A stretch of 64,000 bases of DNA from Candidatus Kaiserbacteria bacterium. GTDB taxonomy: Bacteria > Patescibacteriota > Minisyncoccia > Phycocordibacterales > UBA2100. A model generated the notes under the pieces. The model did not search any database and was not told the origin of the DNA. It saw only the letters and a program-made list of their open reading frames with translations. The translations under genes and the position numbers were made by a program. Where the stretch lies: assembly GCA_016186695.1 (NCBI GenBank), contig JACPLC010000005.1, positions 64,852-128,851 of the forward strand. The letters are read 5' to 3'. This document shows positions 9,757 through 19,059 of this stretch, one piece after another. The number at the start of each line of letters is the position of its first letter. Position 1 is the stretch's first letter.

Positions 9757-12162
9757 TCAACGCGTTCGGCCGAGACGCTTCTCCACCTTCGCGACAGCGA
9801 TCGTCGTCTTGATGACAGAGTCGGGATTCAGCGACATACTCTCTATCCCCTGCTCAACGAGGAACTTTGCAAATTCAGGATGGTCGGAGGGCGCCTGCCC
9901 GCAGATACCGACATACTTTTTCCTTTTGCGGCAGACCTTAATGACCTCGGCGATGAATTTTTTGACTGCCGGATCATTTTCGTCAGCAACACGATTCACG
10001 ATGCCGGAGTCGCGATCGAGACCGAGTGTAAGTTGTGTCAAGTCGTTCGAGCCAATAGACATGCCGTCGAACATATCGAGAAATTCGTCCGCAAGAATGA
10101 CGTTCGAGGGAATTTCGCACATGACAATGACCGGCGTTTTGTGGCCGGAGGCAGGTTGTCCCGGCAGAAGATTCGGATGAAGACCGGCTTCCTCCATCGT
10201 GATGAGCACCTTGCGCCCCTCTTCGAGCGTGCGGCAAAATGGTACCATCGGTATTGCGTTCATGAGACCCATCTCCTCCCGCACCTTGAGAAGCGCCTCG
10301 CACTCGAGTTCGAACGCTTCCTTGAACTTCGGATCGTAGTAGCGCGAAGCGCCGCGCCAGCCGAGCATCGGATTTTCCTCGTGCGGCTCGAAATGTTCGC
10401 CGCCGAGGAGTGAGCGATACTCGTTGCTTTTAAAATCGGAGAAACGAACGATGACCTGCTTCGGGTAAAATGCGGTCGCAATCTTTGCGATGCCATAGGC
10501 GAGATTGTCCACGTAAAAACGTTTCTTATCACTCCATCCATGTACGCGCTCATCTATTTTTCTCTGAAGCGTCTTGTCGAGTCGCTTGTAATTAATGAGC
10601 GCAAGCGGGTGCACGCCGACCGAAGAGGCAATGATGAATTCCTCGCGCGCAAGCCCGACGCCTTCGTGCGGAAGGAACGATTTTTCGAATGCCGTGTCCG
10701 GTGTTGCAAGGTTCATGGAAATCTTCGTTCTCGTCTTCGGGATCTTCCGTATATCACTCTCTCGGACATCGAAACGGAGTGCACCCCTGAAAATGACACC
10801 CTCGGCGGAGGTTGTGTCTACGGTGATGACAGTCCCCGTTTTGATGCGTTTCGTCACACTCCCCGCGCCGACAACCGCGGTCAAGCCCAGCTCGCGCGAG
10901 ACGATCGCCGCATGCGAGGTGCGGCCGCCCTTGTCAGTCACGATAGCCGCTGCCTTTTTCATCACCGGCTCCCAATCAGGATCGGTCATTTCGGTGATGA
11001 GTATCTCGCCCCGCTCCAGTTTCTCCATGTCGCGCACACTTTCGATAACGCGCGCTTTCCCGACTACTATCTTTGAGCCGACCGAAAGTCCTTTACCGAT
11101 GATGGTGCCGTTGTCGCGCCGAATGTACTCCTTTATCTTTGAGCGATCCCTGGAAACCTGCACCGTTTCCGGTCTTGCCTGCAGAATAAAAAGCTCGTGG
11201 GTCCTCCCGTCGAGTCCCCACTCAATGTCCATCGGCGTCGGTTTCCCTCTTTTTTTGGAATAGTGCTCTTCTATTTCTTTCGCCCACGTCGCAAGCACCA
11301 GTATCTCTTTGTTCGTGATGGAGAAACGCTCACGGTCCGCCTTTGGGGTCTTCTCGACCTTTACCGGCCTTCCATTCTCTCGTGCTGCGTATACCATTTT
11401 CACCTCCTTGCTGCCAAGACGCCTTCCGATGATGGGAAGCGGTGCGCGACCGAGCATTTTCTTCGCGACAAGAAATTCATCGGGCACCACCTTACCCTGC
11501 ACGATCATCTCCCCGAGGCCGTAGGAGCTGGTGACGAGTATGACGTCGGGAAAACCGCTTTCGGTATCGATCGTAAAAATGACGCCGGAGGCGCCAAGGT
11601 CACTTCTCACCATCCGCTGTACGCCGACCGAAAGCGCGATTTCGTGCTTGTCGTAGCCCTTGTCGATGCGATATGAGATCGCGCGGCCGGTAAAGAGCGA
11701 CGCAAAACAGGCACGAATTGCCTTTAGAATGTCTTTCTCACCGCGAACACCGAGGTAGGTATCGTGTTCGCCGGCAAAGCTCGCGTCCGGCATGTCTTCA
11801 GCCGTCGCCGAAGAGCGCACCGCGACATCGATATTTGTCCCGTACTTTTCCTCCATATCGCGATACGCGTGGATGATCTGCGTTTCGAGCACCGCAGGAA
11901 ACGTCGCGTTCGTTATCTTTTTCCGGATCGCCACACCGACTTCTTCAAAGTGCTTTACGTCTCTCTTTTTCAAACTGCGGAGTTGGGATTTGATGAACTT
12001 CTCGAGTCCGGCTTCGCGCAAAAACAGCCGGTAGCCTTCTGCCGTCACGATAAATCCAGAAGGAACACGAATACCCTTGCTTCCAAGCTCGCGGAGCATT
12101 TCGCCAAGACTCGCATTCTTTCCGCCAACGAGCGCAACGTCGTTCATTCCCGCCTTTTCCAT
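9757..12162 (-). CDS. ppsA: Phosphoenolpyruvate synthase (pyruvate, water dikinase).
   Basis: Matches PpsA: N-terminus GMNDVALVGGKNASLGEM, VRSSATAEDMPDASFAG, GGRTSHAAIVSRELGLTAVVG, and a C-terminal PEP-utilising TIM barrel. Starts at the internal ATG (MEKAG). Confidence 0.92.
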   Translation of the reverse strand: MEKAGMNDVALVGGKNASLGEMLRELGSKGIRVPSGFIVTAEGYRLFLREAGLEKFIKSQLRSLKKRDVKHFEEVGVAIRKKITNATFPAVLETQIIHAYRDMEEKYGTNIDVAVRSSATAEDMPDASFAGEHDTYLGVRGEKDILKAIRACFASLFTGRAISYRIDKGYDKHEIALSVGVQRMVRSDLGASGVIFTIDTESGFPDVILVTSSYGLGEMIVQGKVVPDEFLVAKKMLGRAPLPIIGRRLGSKEVKMVYAARENGRPVKVEKTPKADRERFSITNKEILVLATWAKEIEEHYSKKRGKPTPMDIEWGLDGRTHELFILQARPETVQVSRDRSKIKEYIRRDNGTIIGKGLSVGSKIVVGKARVIESVRDMEKLERGEILITEMTDPDWEPVMKKAAAIVTDKGGRTSHAAIVSRELGLTAVVGAGSVTKRIKTGTVITVDTTSAEGVIFRGALRFDVRESDIRKIPKTRTKISMNLATPDTAFEKSFLPHEGVGLAREEFIIASSVGVHPLALINYKRLDKTLQRKIDERVHGWSDKKRFYVDNLAYGIAKIATAFYPKQVIVRFSDFKSNEYRSLLGGEHFEPHEENPMLGWRGASRYYDPKFKEAFELECEALLKVREEMGLMNAIPMVPFCRTLEEGRKVLITMEEAGLHPNLLPGQPASGHKTPVIVMCEIPSNVILADEFLDMFDGMSIGSNDLTQLTLGLDRDSGIVNRVADENDPAVKKFIAEVIKVCRKRKKYVGICGQAPSDHPEFAKFLVEQGIESMSLNPDSVIKTTIAVAKVEKRLGRTR

Positions 12163-12302
12163 TCCGATGACGAGGGCCTTGCCCGTCCGAAGCCTTGCGC
12201 GAAGGAGGGCGTGGCGGTGCGCGGGACTTTTTGGCTGTGTGCGGCTACGTCCCGCTCGCATGATGGCGGCAGTATACCCGAATAACGACTACTAGCAACC
12301 TG

Positions 12303-12560
12303 TTAGCTGAGATGCGCCGAGACGAGCTTCGTCATCTCAAACATTGTAACCTCACCCTTGCCCCCGAATATCACCTTCAGCTTGGCATCCGCGAGGATGT
12401 TCCTCTTGTTCTGGGGATTCTGAAGATTGTTCTTCTTAATGTATTCCCATAGCTTCTTCACCACTTGACCTCTCGCCATGGGCCCCGAGCCCACGACAGC
12501 TTCGAGCTCCGTCGAAAGATTCATCGGCTTTAGTAATGCTGGATTAGCTTTTCGTACCAT
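12303..12560 (-). CDS. SWIB/MDM2-domain protein.
   Basis: 85 aa with SWIB signature KLWEYIKKNNLQNPQNKRNILAD. Confidence 0.65.
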   Translation of the reverse strand: MVRKANPALLKPMNLSTELEAVVGSGPMARGQVVKKLWEYIKKNNLQNPQNKRNILADAKLKVIFGGKGEVTMFEMTKLVSAHLS

Positions 12561-12748
12561 ATACGTGTATTAGCTGGTAGACATACAGTGTAGCGAATAT
12601 AGGAGGTGCGCCACGGGGCGCCTGTGGATAGTCAAAAAAGCAAACAAAATCATAGCGGGCAAACCACATCGAGTGCTTGCTCTATATCTATTCGTCACAT
12701 AGTATTTCTATACCTGTTGTTCTTTCGGCTTTAAAAGAGGTAACGGCC

Positions 12749-12940
12749 ATGACGCAACAATCCTCGATCGTTCCCGAATACCGAAACGGGGAACCAACGT
12801 ACGCGGCAACGTGGGGCCGGCCTCGATGTCGGTGTGGTGGATTGCTCACGCAGCAGCCCGTCGCACCAGCAAACGACATCCGCGCTTCGTTTACCTGCGA
12901 CCAATGTACGCAGGTGACGCAGTTACCGCACCGAGACTAA
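12749..12940 (+). CDS. Small Cys-rich (zinc-ribbon-like) protein.
   Basis: SD AAAGAGG sits 8 nt upstream of the ATG. Contains CRCGG...CDQC. Confidence 0.4.
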   Translation: MTQQSSIVPEYRNGEPTYAATWGRPRCRCGGLLTQQPVAPANDIRASFTCDQCTQVTQLPHRD

Positions 12941-13013
12941 ACACCCGATCAAATCGAGTCCGGCCTTCCATGACAGGACTCACCGCGCCGCCCGGTATGG
13001 CGGCTTTTCTTTT

Positions 13014-13625
13014 GTGACTTGCTACTATAAGCGCATGGAAAGTTTCCAGCTCCTTGCGTCGCCGTGGTGGGTCAACCTTGGCTATTTGATTCCGGTTGCG
13101 AGCTATCTTTTGTGTCGTAAGTTCGGGCTTTCGATATCACGGCAAACACTTCTTTTCACAGCATTGTTTGGCATTGCATTTGGAATAAACGAAGCCATTG
13201 TGGTTTTGTATTTGCGCGCAGCGACTGGTTTACTACCTGGATTTGAACATCAGCTCATCGGTGCGACAGGAACACTTACGCTCTACGAACAAATGCAACT
13301 TCTCAATGCGATGCCGGCGACAATCATCGCCACCGAGATGATACGTGAGGCAGCGACTCTCGTTATTCTTATTTCTCTGTCGCTTGCCGTCGCGCGACGA
13401 ATTTCTGAACGTTGGGCACTTTTTCTCTGGATGTTTGCGTTCTGGGACATCTTTTACTACGTGGGCCTTTGGCTCATCACGCGTTGGCCGCCTTCCCTTG
13501 TTACGTGGGACGTCCTTTTTCTCATTCCGCAGCCATGGGTATCGCAAGTATGGTTTCCAGTGCTTGTGAGCACGCTTTGTATTGCCGCAGTCGCATTCGC
13601 GAGAACTAGTAAGATGCCCGTATGA
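13014..13625 (+). CDS. Polytopic membrane protein (about 6 TM), unknown function; probably co-transcribed with the downstream LOG gene.
   Basis: Hydrophobic segments throughout. Its stop overlaps the LOG start in an ATGA. Confidence 0.45.
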   Translation: MTCYYKRMESFQLLASPWWVNLGYLIPVASYLLCRKFGLSISRQTLLFTALFGIAFGINEAIVVLYLRAATGLLPGFEHQLIGATGTLTLYEQMQLLNAMPATIIATEMIREAATLVILISLSLAVARRISERWALFLWMFAFWDIFYYVGLWLITRWPPSLVTWDVLFLIPQPWVSQVWFPVLVSTLCIAAVAFARTSKMPV

Positions 13626-14158
13626 ACATCTGCGTTTTTTGCTCGGGGCAAGAGGTCGATGGAAAGTACACGAAAGATGCGACAGAGCTCGGGCGTCTCA
13701 TCGGGAGCAAAGGGCACACGCTCGTCTGGGGTGGCTCGAACGGCGGCCTCATGCGAGCCGTCGCTGATGCCGTCCAAAACGCCGGAGGTAAGATCGTCGG
13801 GGTATCCGTCGAATTTCTGCGCGAGAAAGCGCGCGAGAACGCGGATGAAATGGTCGTCACGAAAGATCTCGCAGAGCGCAAAGAGCTGCTCCTTTCACGC
13901 AGCGATGCCATCGTCGTGCTTCCCGGAGGCACGGGAACCCTCGATGAGATCGGCGAGGTGCTCGAGCGAAAGAAGCACAGGATGTATGAAAAACCGGTCG
14001 TTGTGCTCAATGCTGCGAATTTTTATGACGGCCTACGAATGCAACTCCAAAAAATGAGCGAGGAGGGATTTCTTAACGGAACCGTGCGCGAATACGTCTT
14101 CTTCGCGGAGACGCCAGCCGACGCTATCGCAAGCATCGAGAAAAACGCGCAGCAGTGA
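13622..14158 (+). CDS. LOG-family protein (TIGR00730; cytokinin riboside 5'-monophosphate phosphoribohydrolase-like).
   Basis: VFCSGQ...GHTLVWGGSNGGLMRAVADA...VVLPGGTGTLDEIGEV. Confidence 0.7.
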   Translation: MNICVFCSGQEVDGKYTKDATELGRLIGSKGHTLVWGGSNGGLMRAVADAVQNAGGKIVGVSVEFLREKARENADEMVVTKDLAERKELLLSRSDAIVVLPGGTGTLDEIGEVLERKKHRMYEKPVVVLNAANFYDGLRMQLQKMSEEGFLNGTVREYVFFAETPADAIASIEKNAQQ

Positions 14159-14220
14159 TTAAGATCTGCGTTCACAAAAGAAACTTGCGCCCCGCGATCC
14201 CGGATGTATCGTTCCTATTG

Positions 14221-14253
14221 AAACCCACGAGTTCATTCGTTATCCGTGGGTTT
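14221..14253 (+). promoter_or_regulatory. Hairpin in the 5' leader of the small gene 14286..14501, followed by SD GAAGGAG.
   Basis: AAACCCACG-(15 nt)-CGTGGGTTT; GAAGGAG sits 9 nt upstream of the ATG. Confidence 0.35.
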
Positions 14254-14285
14254 ATGCGGAAACCTCCGATGAAGGAGACTGTCAA

Positions 14286-14501
14286 ATGGACGAGAACCAG
14301 CGGGTTTTCAGGGCTGCACAGCTACTCAACGGATTCCTCAAACGTCCCGAGCCGACAAATAAGCGCATGGTCCTAGCGCAGGCGCGGAGATGTGGAGAGT
14401 TCTGCGGGCTCCAGATCGAGGGAACGATACATGAGAAATACCCCCTCGTGCTGGCGGGACTGATCATGTTCCAAGCTAAGAAGCTCGAGGAGCGTTCATG
14501 A
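14286..14501 (+). CDS. Small hypothetical protein (71 aa).
   Basis: Strong SD upstream and a canonical intrinsic terminator starting about 25 nt after the stop. Confidence 0.5.
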   Translation: MDENQRVFRAAQLLNGFLKRPEPTNKRMVLAQARRCGEFCGLQIEGTIHEKYPLVLAGLIMFQAKKLEERS

Positions 14502-14530
14502 GCGGCCGCACGCGCCAGTTCCTCCCCTCC

Positions 14531-14569
14531 GGCGGGTCGTTACCGACCCGCCGATTTTCATTTTGTTTT
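14531..14569 (+). terminator. Rho-independent terminator.
   Basis: GGCGGGTCG-TTAC-CGACCCGCC followed by GATTTTCATTTTGTTTT. Confidence 0.7.
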
Positions 14570-14610
14570 ATCGGCATCCCGCCGGCGAGAAACACTCCCG
14601 CCCGAGCGCC

Positions 14611-15774
14611 TTAGCGCCACTCCTTTGCGATCTCCCATTTTATTTTTGCTGCGGCGCCGAGCGTCAGTAACATGAGGATAAATTGCGCAAGCCAGCCGAC
14701 GATCGGGATGATGCCGAGTAATGCATATATAAATACGCCTAAAAGTATCGTTTTCCAGTTCACATCAAAGTCTCCTCCGAAGAAGCTGCGGTATGCAAAA
14801 CTGCCGAGAATAACCGGCGTCATTATCCAGAGATACATGATGGTAGTTGCAAACGCGAGGAGTCCGAGAATGCCGAGCGGAATCCCGATCAGGCTCCACA
14901 AAAGCATCATGGAGGCAACCGGCAGGACAATGAAAACGACGAGACCTCTCCCTGTCTCGAAGAGCGGCTGCGCCGCAGCTAGCTCGACAAGCCGTACCGC
15001 GTAGCGCCTGAACACAAGGCCAAGCAGCAGCGCCGAGGCAAGTTGCGCGAAAGTCGTTGCGATGAGCGCGAGCGAAATGATGGCGACGATTCCGCCGACC
15101 GAGACTGTGCGTTCACGCTTTTTGAATGTCGTTTCTCCCGAAATAGCGGACCCGTCTTCCATCGTCGCCTCCTTTGCCGCCGTATAGATAAGGTTTCCCC
15201 TGATACGTGCGCCACTCCCGAGTGTCAATTGCTCCGCGTACACCTCAACATTTCCAGTGACCGTAGAATTGAGATACACGTCCCCACCGCCGATGCGCAC
15301 ATCGCCGGAAACCGGTGCGTCTACGCGCAACGTTCCCGCGCCGGCAAGAAGATCTCCGCCGACGCTCCCGCCAATCGTGATTTGCCCGCCCGCAACGACA
15401 GCGTCGCCGCTCACCTTGCCTTGGAGCAAAATGTTTCCTCCGGCGGCACGGACATCATCCGCCACATCGCCGAGAACGGTTACCGAGCCTCCCGCCGCGA
15501 TGAGATCGCCCCCCACGCTGCCGTTCACGAGAACATTGCCGCCCGCAGCGATGAGATCTGCACCAAGCGTCCCTGCGCTCGAGACGTTTCCGCCGGCGAT
15601 GTATACATCCTCCGTAATCCGCTCCTCCGCCTTGATCGATGGCTGGTCACCCGAGCGCAGTTCAGCCGCGCTTCCTGCCTGAGGAGTGAGGTATATGAGA
15701 GAAGCGAGGAGTAGTGCGGTGGGAAGCAGGATGCCGAGCTTCCGGTTTGCCATGCGGCTACGGTAGCACACCAA
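14611..15774 (-). CDS. Membrane protein with bactofilin-like (DUF583-type) beta-helical repeats: N-terminal signal/TM, then the repeat domain, then a C-terminal multi-TM region.
   Basis: Repeats GGNV..G.V.GDV..AGG..... occur about 8 times (VNGSVGGDLIAAGGSVTVLGDVADDVRAAGGNILLQGKVSGDAVVAGG...). There are about 4 C-terminal TM. Confidence 0.5.
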   Translation of the reverse strand: MVCYRSRMANRKLGILLPTALLLASLIYLTPQAGSAAELRSGDQPSIKAEERITEDVYIAGGNVSSAGTLGADLIAAGGNVLVNGSVGGDLIAAGGSVTVLGDVADDVRAAGGNILLQGKVSGDAVVAGGQITIGGSVGGDLLAGAGTLRVDAPVSGDVRIGGGDVYLNSTVTGNVEVYAEQLTLGSGARIRGNLIYTAAKEATMEDGSAISGETTFKKRERTVSVGGIVAIISLALIATTFAQLASALLLGLVFRRYAVRLVELAAAQPLFETGRGLVVFIVLPVASMMLLWSLIGIPLGILGLLAFATTIMYLWIMTPVILGSFAYRSFFGGDFDVNWKTILLGVFIYALLGIIPIVGWLAQFILMLLTLGAAAKIKWEIAKEWR

Positions 15775-16759
15775 TCTGCGCCGTGCACGTGTTCGATGAA
15801 CCCTGCGAACCGAAAACGGTCAGCGTGTAGGTGGTCGTCTGTTGGGGCGCCACATATGTACCTCCCTGCACCGCAACGGTGCCGACGCCCGAAAGATACG
15901 CCGAAGAAGCGCTCTCGGAACCCCATGCAAGGCTCGAACTCTGGCCGGAAGAAATCGTGCTCGGGTAGGCAGAAATCACGCATGAAGGTCCCCCGCTCGG
16001 CGCGCGAACAGTGATGCGTGTATAACAGCTGCCGCTCCCTCCCTGACCGGAGACACTGAGCTGGTACACGCGATCGTTCGTAATATTCTGCGCGACACGC
16101 GAACCGGACAGAGGAACATTCCCAAAATCGGTGAGCGAAGCGCGCGATGCATTGAACGACGACCATTGGAGCGTTGACGATTTCCCGTATTCAACAGAAG
16201 TCGGCTGTGCGGAGATCCAGCACGAGGGCTGGGGGTACACGGGACGCGATGGCGGTGGTGCGGGAGCACGCACCGGCGTAGGGTGTGTCTGTCCCGGAAT
16301 AATCTGTTGAAACATCGAGCCGAAGCCGGGAAATGACGATACGTACCACGGCCGCTCTGTGATGTATACCGGCTCTTCAATCCAGTACTCCTCCGTCCAC
16401 CAATAGTCATACACGCGCGGATCACCCCACTCATCCGCATAGAACAACTCCGGTTCATCAACGATGTAGATCGGTTCTTGCTCTTCCCAGTACCACTCGT
16501 CGGGCGGTGGAGGCGGCATGTCCTGATCTTCAGGAAAGACGTACCACGGATCTCCGTCGTATTCATACACACAGTCGCCGTAGTACTCGCAATCTTCCCA
16601 GTACGCGAGCGCGCCTGAACCTGAAGCAGTGAGTTGACGTTCCTCGGTCGCGGAGGTGTCGAGCGAGAGGTAGCCAAGCGTGAGCCCCACGAGCATCAGG
16701 AGAAGCGCGACGAGGAAAAAAGAAACAACGTAGCGCACCATGACTCTATAGTACGTCAT
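15758..16759 (-). CDS. Membrane-anchored protein with an acidic W/Y-rich segment, a Pro-rich linker and two tandem Ig-like domains.
   Basis: N-terminal TM. Contains EDCEYYGDCVYEYDGDPWYVF...WYWEEQEP. The two C-terminal roughly 75-aa domains are mutually similar (CWISAQPTSV... and CVISAYPSTI...). It overlaps the downstream gene by 17 nt. Confidence 0.45.
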   Translation of the reverse strand: MTYYRVMVRYVVSFFLVALLLMLVGLTLGYLSLDTSATEERQLTASGSGALAYWEDCEYYGDCVYEYDGDPWYVFPEDQDMPPPPPDEWYWEEQEPIYIVDEPELFYADEWGDPRVYDYWWTEEYWIEEPVYITERPWYVSSFPGFGSMFQQIIPGQTHPTPVRAPAPPPSRPVYPQPSCWISAQPTSVEYGKSSTLQWSSFNASRASLTDFGNVPLSGSRVAQNITNDRVYQLSVSGQGGSGSCYTRITVRAPSGGPSCVISAYPSTISSGQSSSLAWGSESASSAYLSGVGTVAVQGGTYVAPQQTTTYTLTVFGSQGSSNTCTAQIGVLP

Positions 16760-16859
16760 GGGAAGCCATTAGAGTGCCGGGTTGTGGATTCATTGAGACC
16801 TCACGAATATAACAGCTATACTTACGCTATTATCAGTACTTTTTACGAGTCCCATTTTT

Positions 16860-17294
16860 ATGGTCCCCATTAATTATCTTGCGGTTTTGGGTGCGGCCGT
16901 GGTTGCAATCGGCCTCGGTTTCCTGTGGTTTGGGCCGCTTTTCGGAAAGCAGTGGATGGAGTCTATCGGGATAACGCCCGACAAGATGGAAGCAATGAAG
17001 GCCGCGGCCAAAGAAAAAGGCATGGGCAAGAACTATGCAATTATGACACTCTCGACACTCGTCATGAGCTACGTCCTCGCGCATGCACTTATCTTCGCAA
17101 GCACGTACCTGAATACGACCGGGACTACTGCGGGATTGCAGACAGGATTCTGGAACTGGCTCGGTTTTGTCGTGCCGGTAACACTCGGTTCCGTACTCTG
17201 GGACGGTAAATCGTGGAAGTACTGGTTTATCACGGCCGGCTACTACCTCGCTGCGCTTCTCTTGATGGGTGTAGTTCTCGCCCTCTGGGTTTAA
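16860..17294 (+). CDS. DUF1761-family membrane protein.
   Basis: 144 aa, 4 TM, typical DUF1761 length and topology. Confidence 0.45.
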   Translation: MVPINYLAVLGAAVVAIGLGFLWFGPLFGKQWMESIGITPDKMEAMKAAAKEKGMGKNYAIMTLSTLVMSYVLAHALIFASTYLNTTGTTAGLQTGFWNWLGFVVPVTLGSVLWDGKSWKYWFITAGYYLAALLLMGVVLALWV

Positions 17295-17440
17295 CTGCCT
17301 TTTTCAACCTCCTTTCTTCCTAGTGGCGAGCGGCGGGAGTGTGTTCACGAGGAATCTTCGCAGGCCGAAGAGGCCGAGGATTGAGGATTTTTCAGCAGAA
17401 AAATCCGGGTTCCGAGGAACACATTCCCGCCGCGGCCATG

Positions 17441-17872
17441 TTATTCCCTCTTCTCTTTCTCGGCCTCATAGATACGCTCCCTTAGTGCGCTCGTTGAGAA
17501 ACCGTGATCGCGGGTGTTGAAATACATTTCGAACGGAAGATCGTGCCCCGTGTACGGTTTCCCTTTCCAGTCTGATCCGATAATGCGGATATCGAAGCCG
17601 TACTCGTTCTTTTTCAGGATGTCGTACAGCTGCGCTTCAGTGTCGTATTCGAAAATTTCGTCAATGTACTTTATCGACTCGAGAATAATCCTTCGCTCTT
17701 CAAGTGACATGATGGGCTTATTTTTTTCCGGCCTGTCGATGGAGGGATCGGAGTGAAGCCCGACGATGAGATAGTCGCACACGGTCTTTGCCTCCTTAAA
17801 AACGAGGATGTGCCCCGCGTGACAGAGATCGAATGCGCCGACCGTTACCCCGACTTTCTTTCCGTTTTTCAT
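17441..17872 (-). CDS. Cytidylyltransferase-like nucleotidyltransferase (TagD / RfaE domain II family).
   Basis: GAFDLCHAGH (the HxGH motif) and IVGLHSD...SIKYIDEI. Starts at the internal ATG (MKNGKK). Confidence 0.65.
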   Translation of the reverse strand: MKNGKKVGVTVGAFDLCHAGHILVFKEAKTVCDYLIVGLHSDPSIDRPEKNKPIMSLEERRIILESIKYIDEIFEYDTEAQLYDILKKNEYGFDIRIIGSDWKGKPYTGHDLPFEMYFNTRDHGFSTSALRERIYEAEKEKRE

Positions 17873-17928
17873 TGAAAAACAGCATAGCACACTCCTTCAT
17901 TTGCGTTGATCATGGCTCTTGTTGACCA

Positions 17929-18381
17929 TTGACTTCGCAGTTGGCGGTAGACATAATCGCGCGAGCGCACGTTCCCGCGCATCCCACGGAGGACCACAAG
18001 ATGGGAGAGAACCTTGCTGAGTACCTGCGAAACCAGACGCGGCTGCAGAAGCTCGGCGACCTCGTCCTTTTTTGGGTCGCTGTGCTGCTCTGGCCGCTCG
18101 TCCTCGTTGCCCTTGGAACGGGTCGCCTGATTAAGAAGGGGTTCGCCTGGCGACGACTCGGCTACGTCGCAAGCGGACTGCTCGTTCTGGTGCTTGATGC
18201 TATCGGCATCATCCTCGGAATGAGTAACGGGTGGTGGCTTATCGCTCTTGGCCCGCACGCGAGCGTGCCGATCGCTGTGATCTTCTTTTTCCTCGAGATC
18301 GCGCGCATAAACCTCATCTTTCGATTGTCGGTCTGGTACTGGAATCGGAGGATGAACTGGCGACAGACACGCAGAGAATAA
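17929..18381 (+). CDS. Membrane protein of unknown function.
   Basis: 3-4 TM; a terminator follows. Confidence 0.4.
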   Translation: MTSQLAVDIIARAHVPAHPTEDHKMGENLAEYLRNQTRLQKLGDLVLFWVAVLLWPLVLVALGTGRLIKKGFAWRRLGYVASGLLVLVLDAIGIILGMSNGWWLIALGPHASVPIAVIFFFLEIARINLIFRLSVWYWNRRMNWRQTRRE

Positions 18382-18403
18382 AATAAGTACATCGCGATTT
18401 ATT

Positions 18404-18436
18404 CGGCGGCACCGAACGGTGCCGCCGGCTATTTAT
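18404..18436 (+). terminator. Intrinsic terminator-like hairpin.
   Basis: CGGCGGCACCG-AA-CGGTGCCGCCG followed by GCTATTTAT. Confidence 0.5.
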
Positions 18437-18468
18437 GCAGTCAGTACTCAACGTGATAAAATCATACT

Positions 18469-19041
18469 ATGCAAGCGCTTCTGGCATCGTACGAGAAAGA
18501 TTCAAACCTCCTGCGGCTCGGCAAACTCCTGAAAGAAAACGACTGGGGACTAATCGGCTCTGCAGGAACCGCGAAATACCTCAACGATAACGGGATTCCC
18601 TGCCGCGACGTTTCCGAGATCGTGGGAAAGCCTATCCTCGGTCATCGGGTCGTCACGCTCTCGCGCGAACTCCACGCCGCACTCCTTGCCGCAACACCCG
18701 AGGACTTTAAAGAATTAAAAACACTTGGCGTAGAGCCGATAGACTTGGTCTACGTCACGCTCTATCCCCTCGAGAAAATGATTGCGGGCGGAGCAGGTCC
18801 CGAAGAAGTTATTGAGAAAACCGACATCGGCGGCCCGACACTTTTGCGCTCGGCGGCGAAGGGACGCCGCCTCGCGCTTTCTGCTCCTTCGCAGATAAGC
18901 GAAGTCGAGGCGTGGCTCGCCGGCGGAGCAAAAGAAGATGAGAGAACAAAACTCGCAGAAAAGTTCGCCGCTTCCGCAGAGCGCAGAGTGGCTGAGTACG
19001 TCGCAAAGTCTGCTGAATACTCGGAAAATAGGGCAAAGTGA
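18469..19041 (+). CDS. Standalone IMP cyclohydrolase domain (PurH N-terminal MGS-like domain), with no AICAR transformylase part.
   Basis: Aligns to the PurH N-terminus: GLIGSAGTAKYLNDNGIP...KTLGVEPIDLVYVTLYPL...TDIGGPTLLRSAAKG (compare IDIGGPTMVRSAAKN in E. coli PurH). Confidence 0.6.
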   Translation: MQALLASYEKDSNLLRLGKLLKENDWGLIGSAGTAKYLNDNGIPCRDVSEIVGKPILGHRVVTLSRELHAALLAATPEDFKELKTLGVEPIDLVYVTLYPLEKMIAGGAGPEEVIEKTDIGGPTLLRSAAKGRRLALSAPSQISEVEAWLAGGAKEDERTKLAEKFAASAERRVAEYVAKSAEYSENRAK

Positions 19042-19059
19042 TATACTGCCGCTTTCTCT

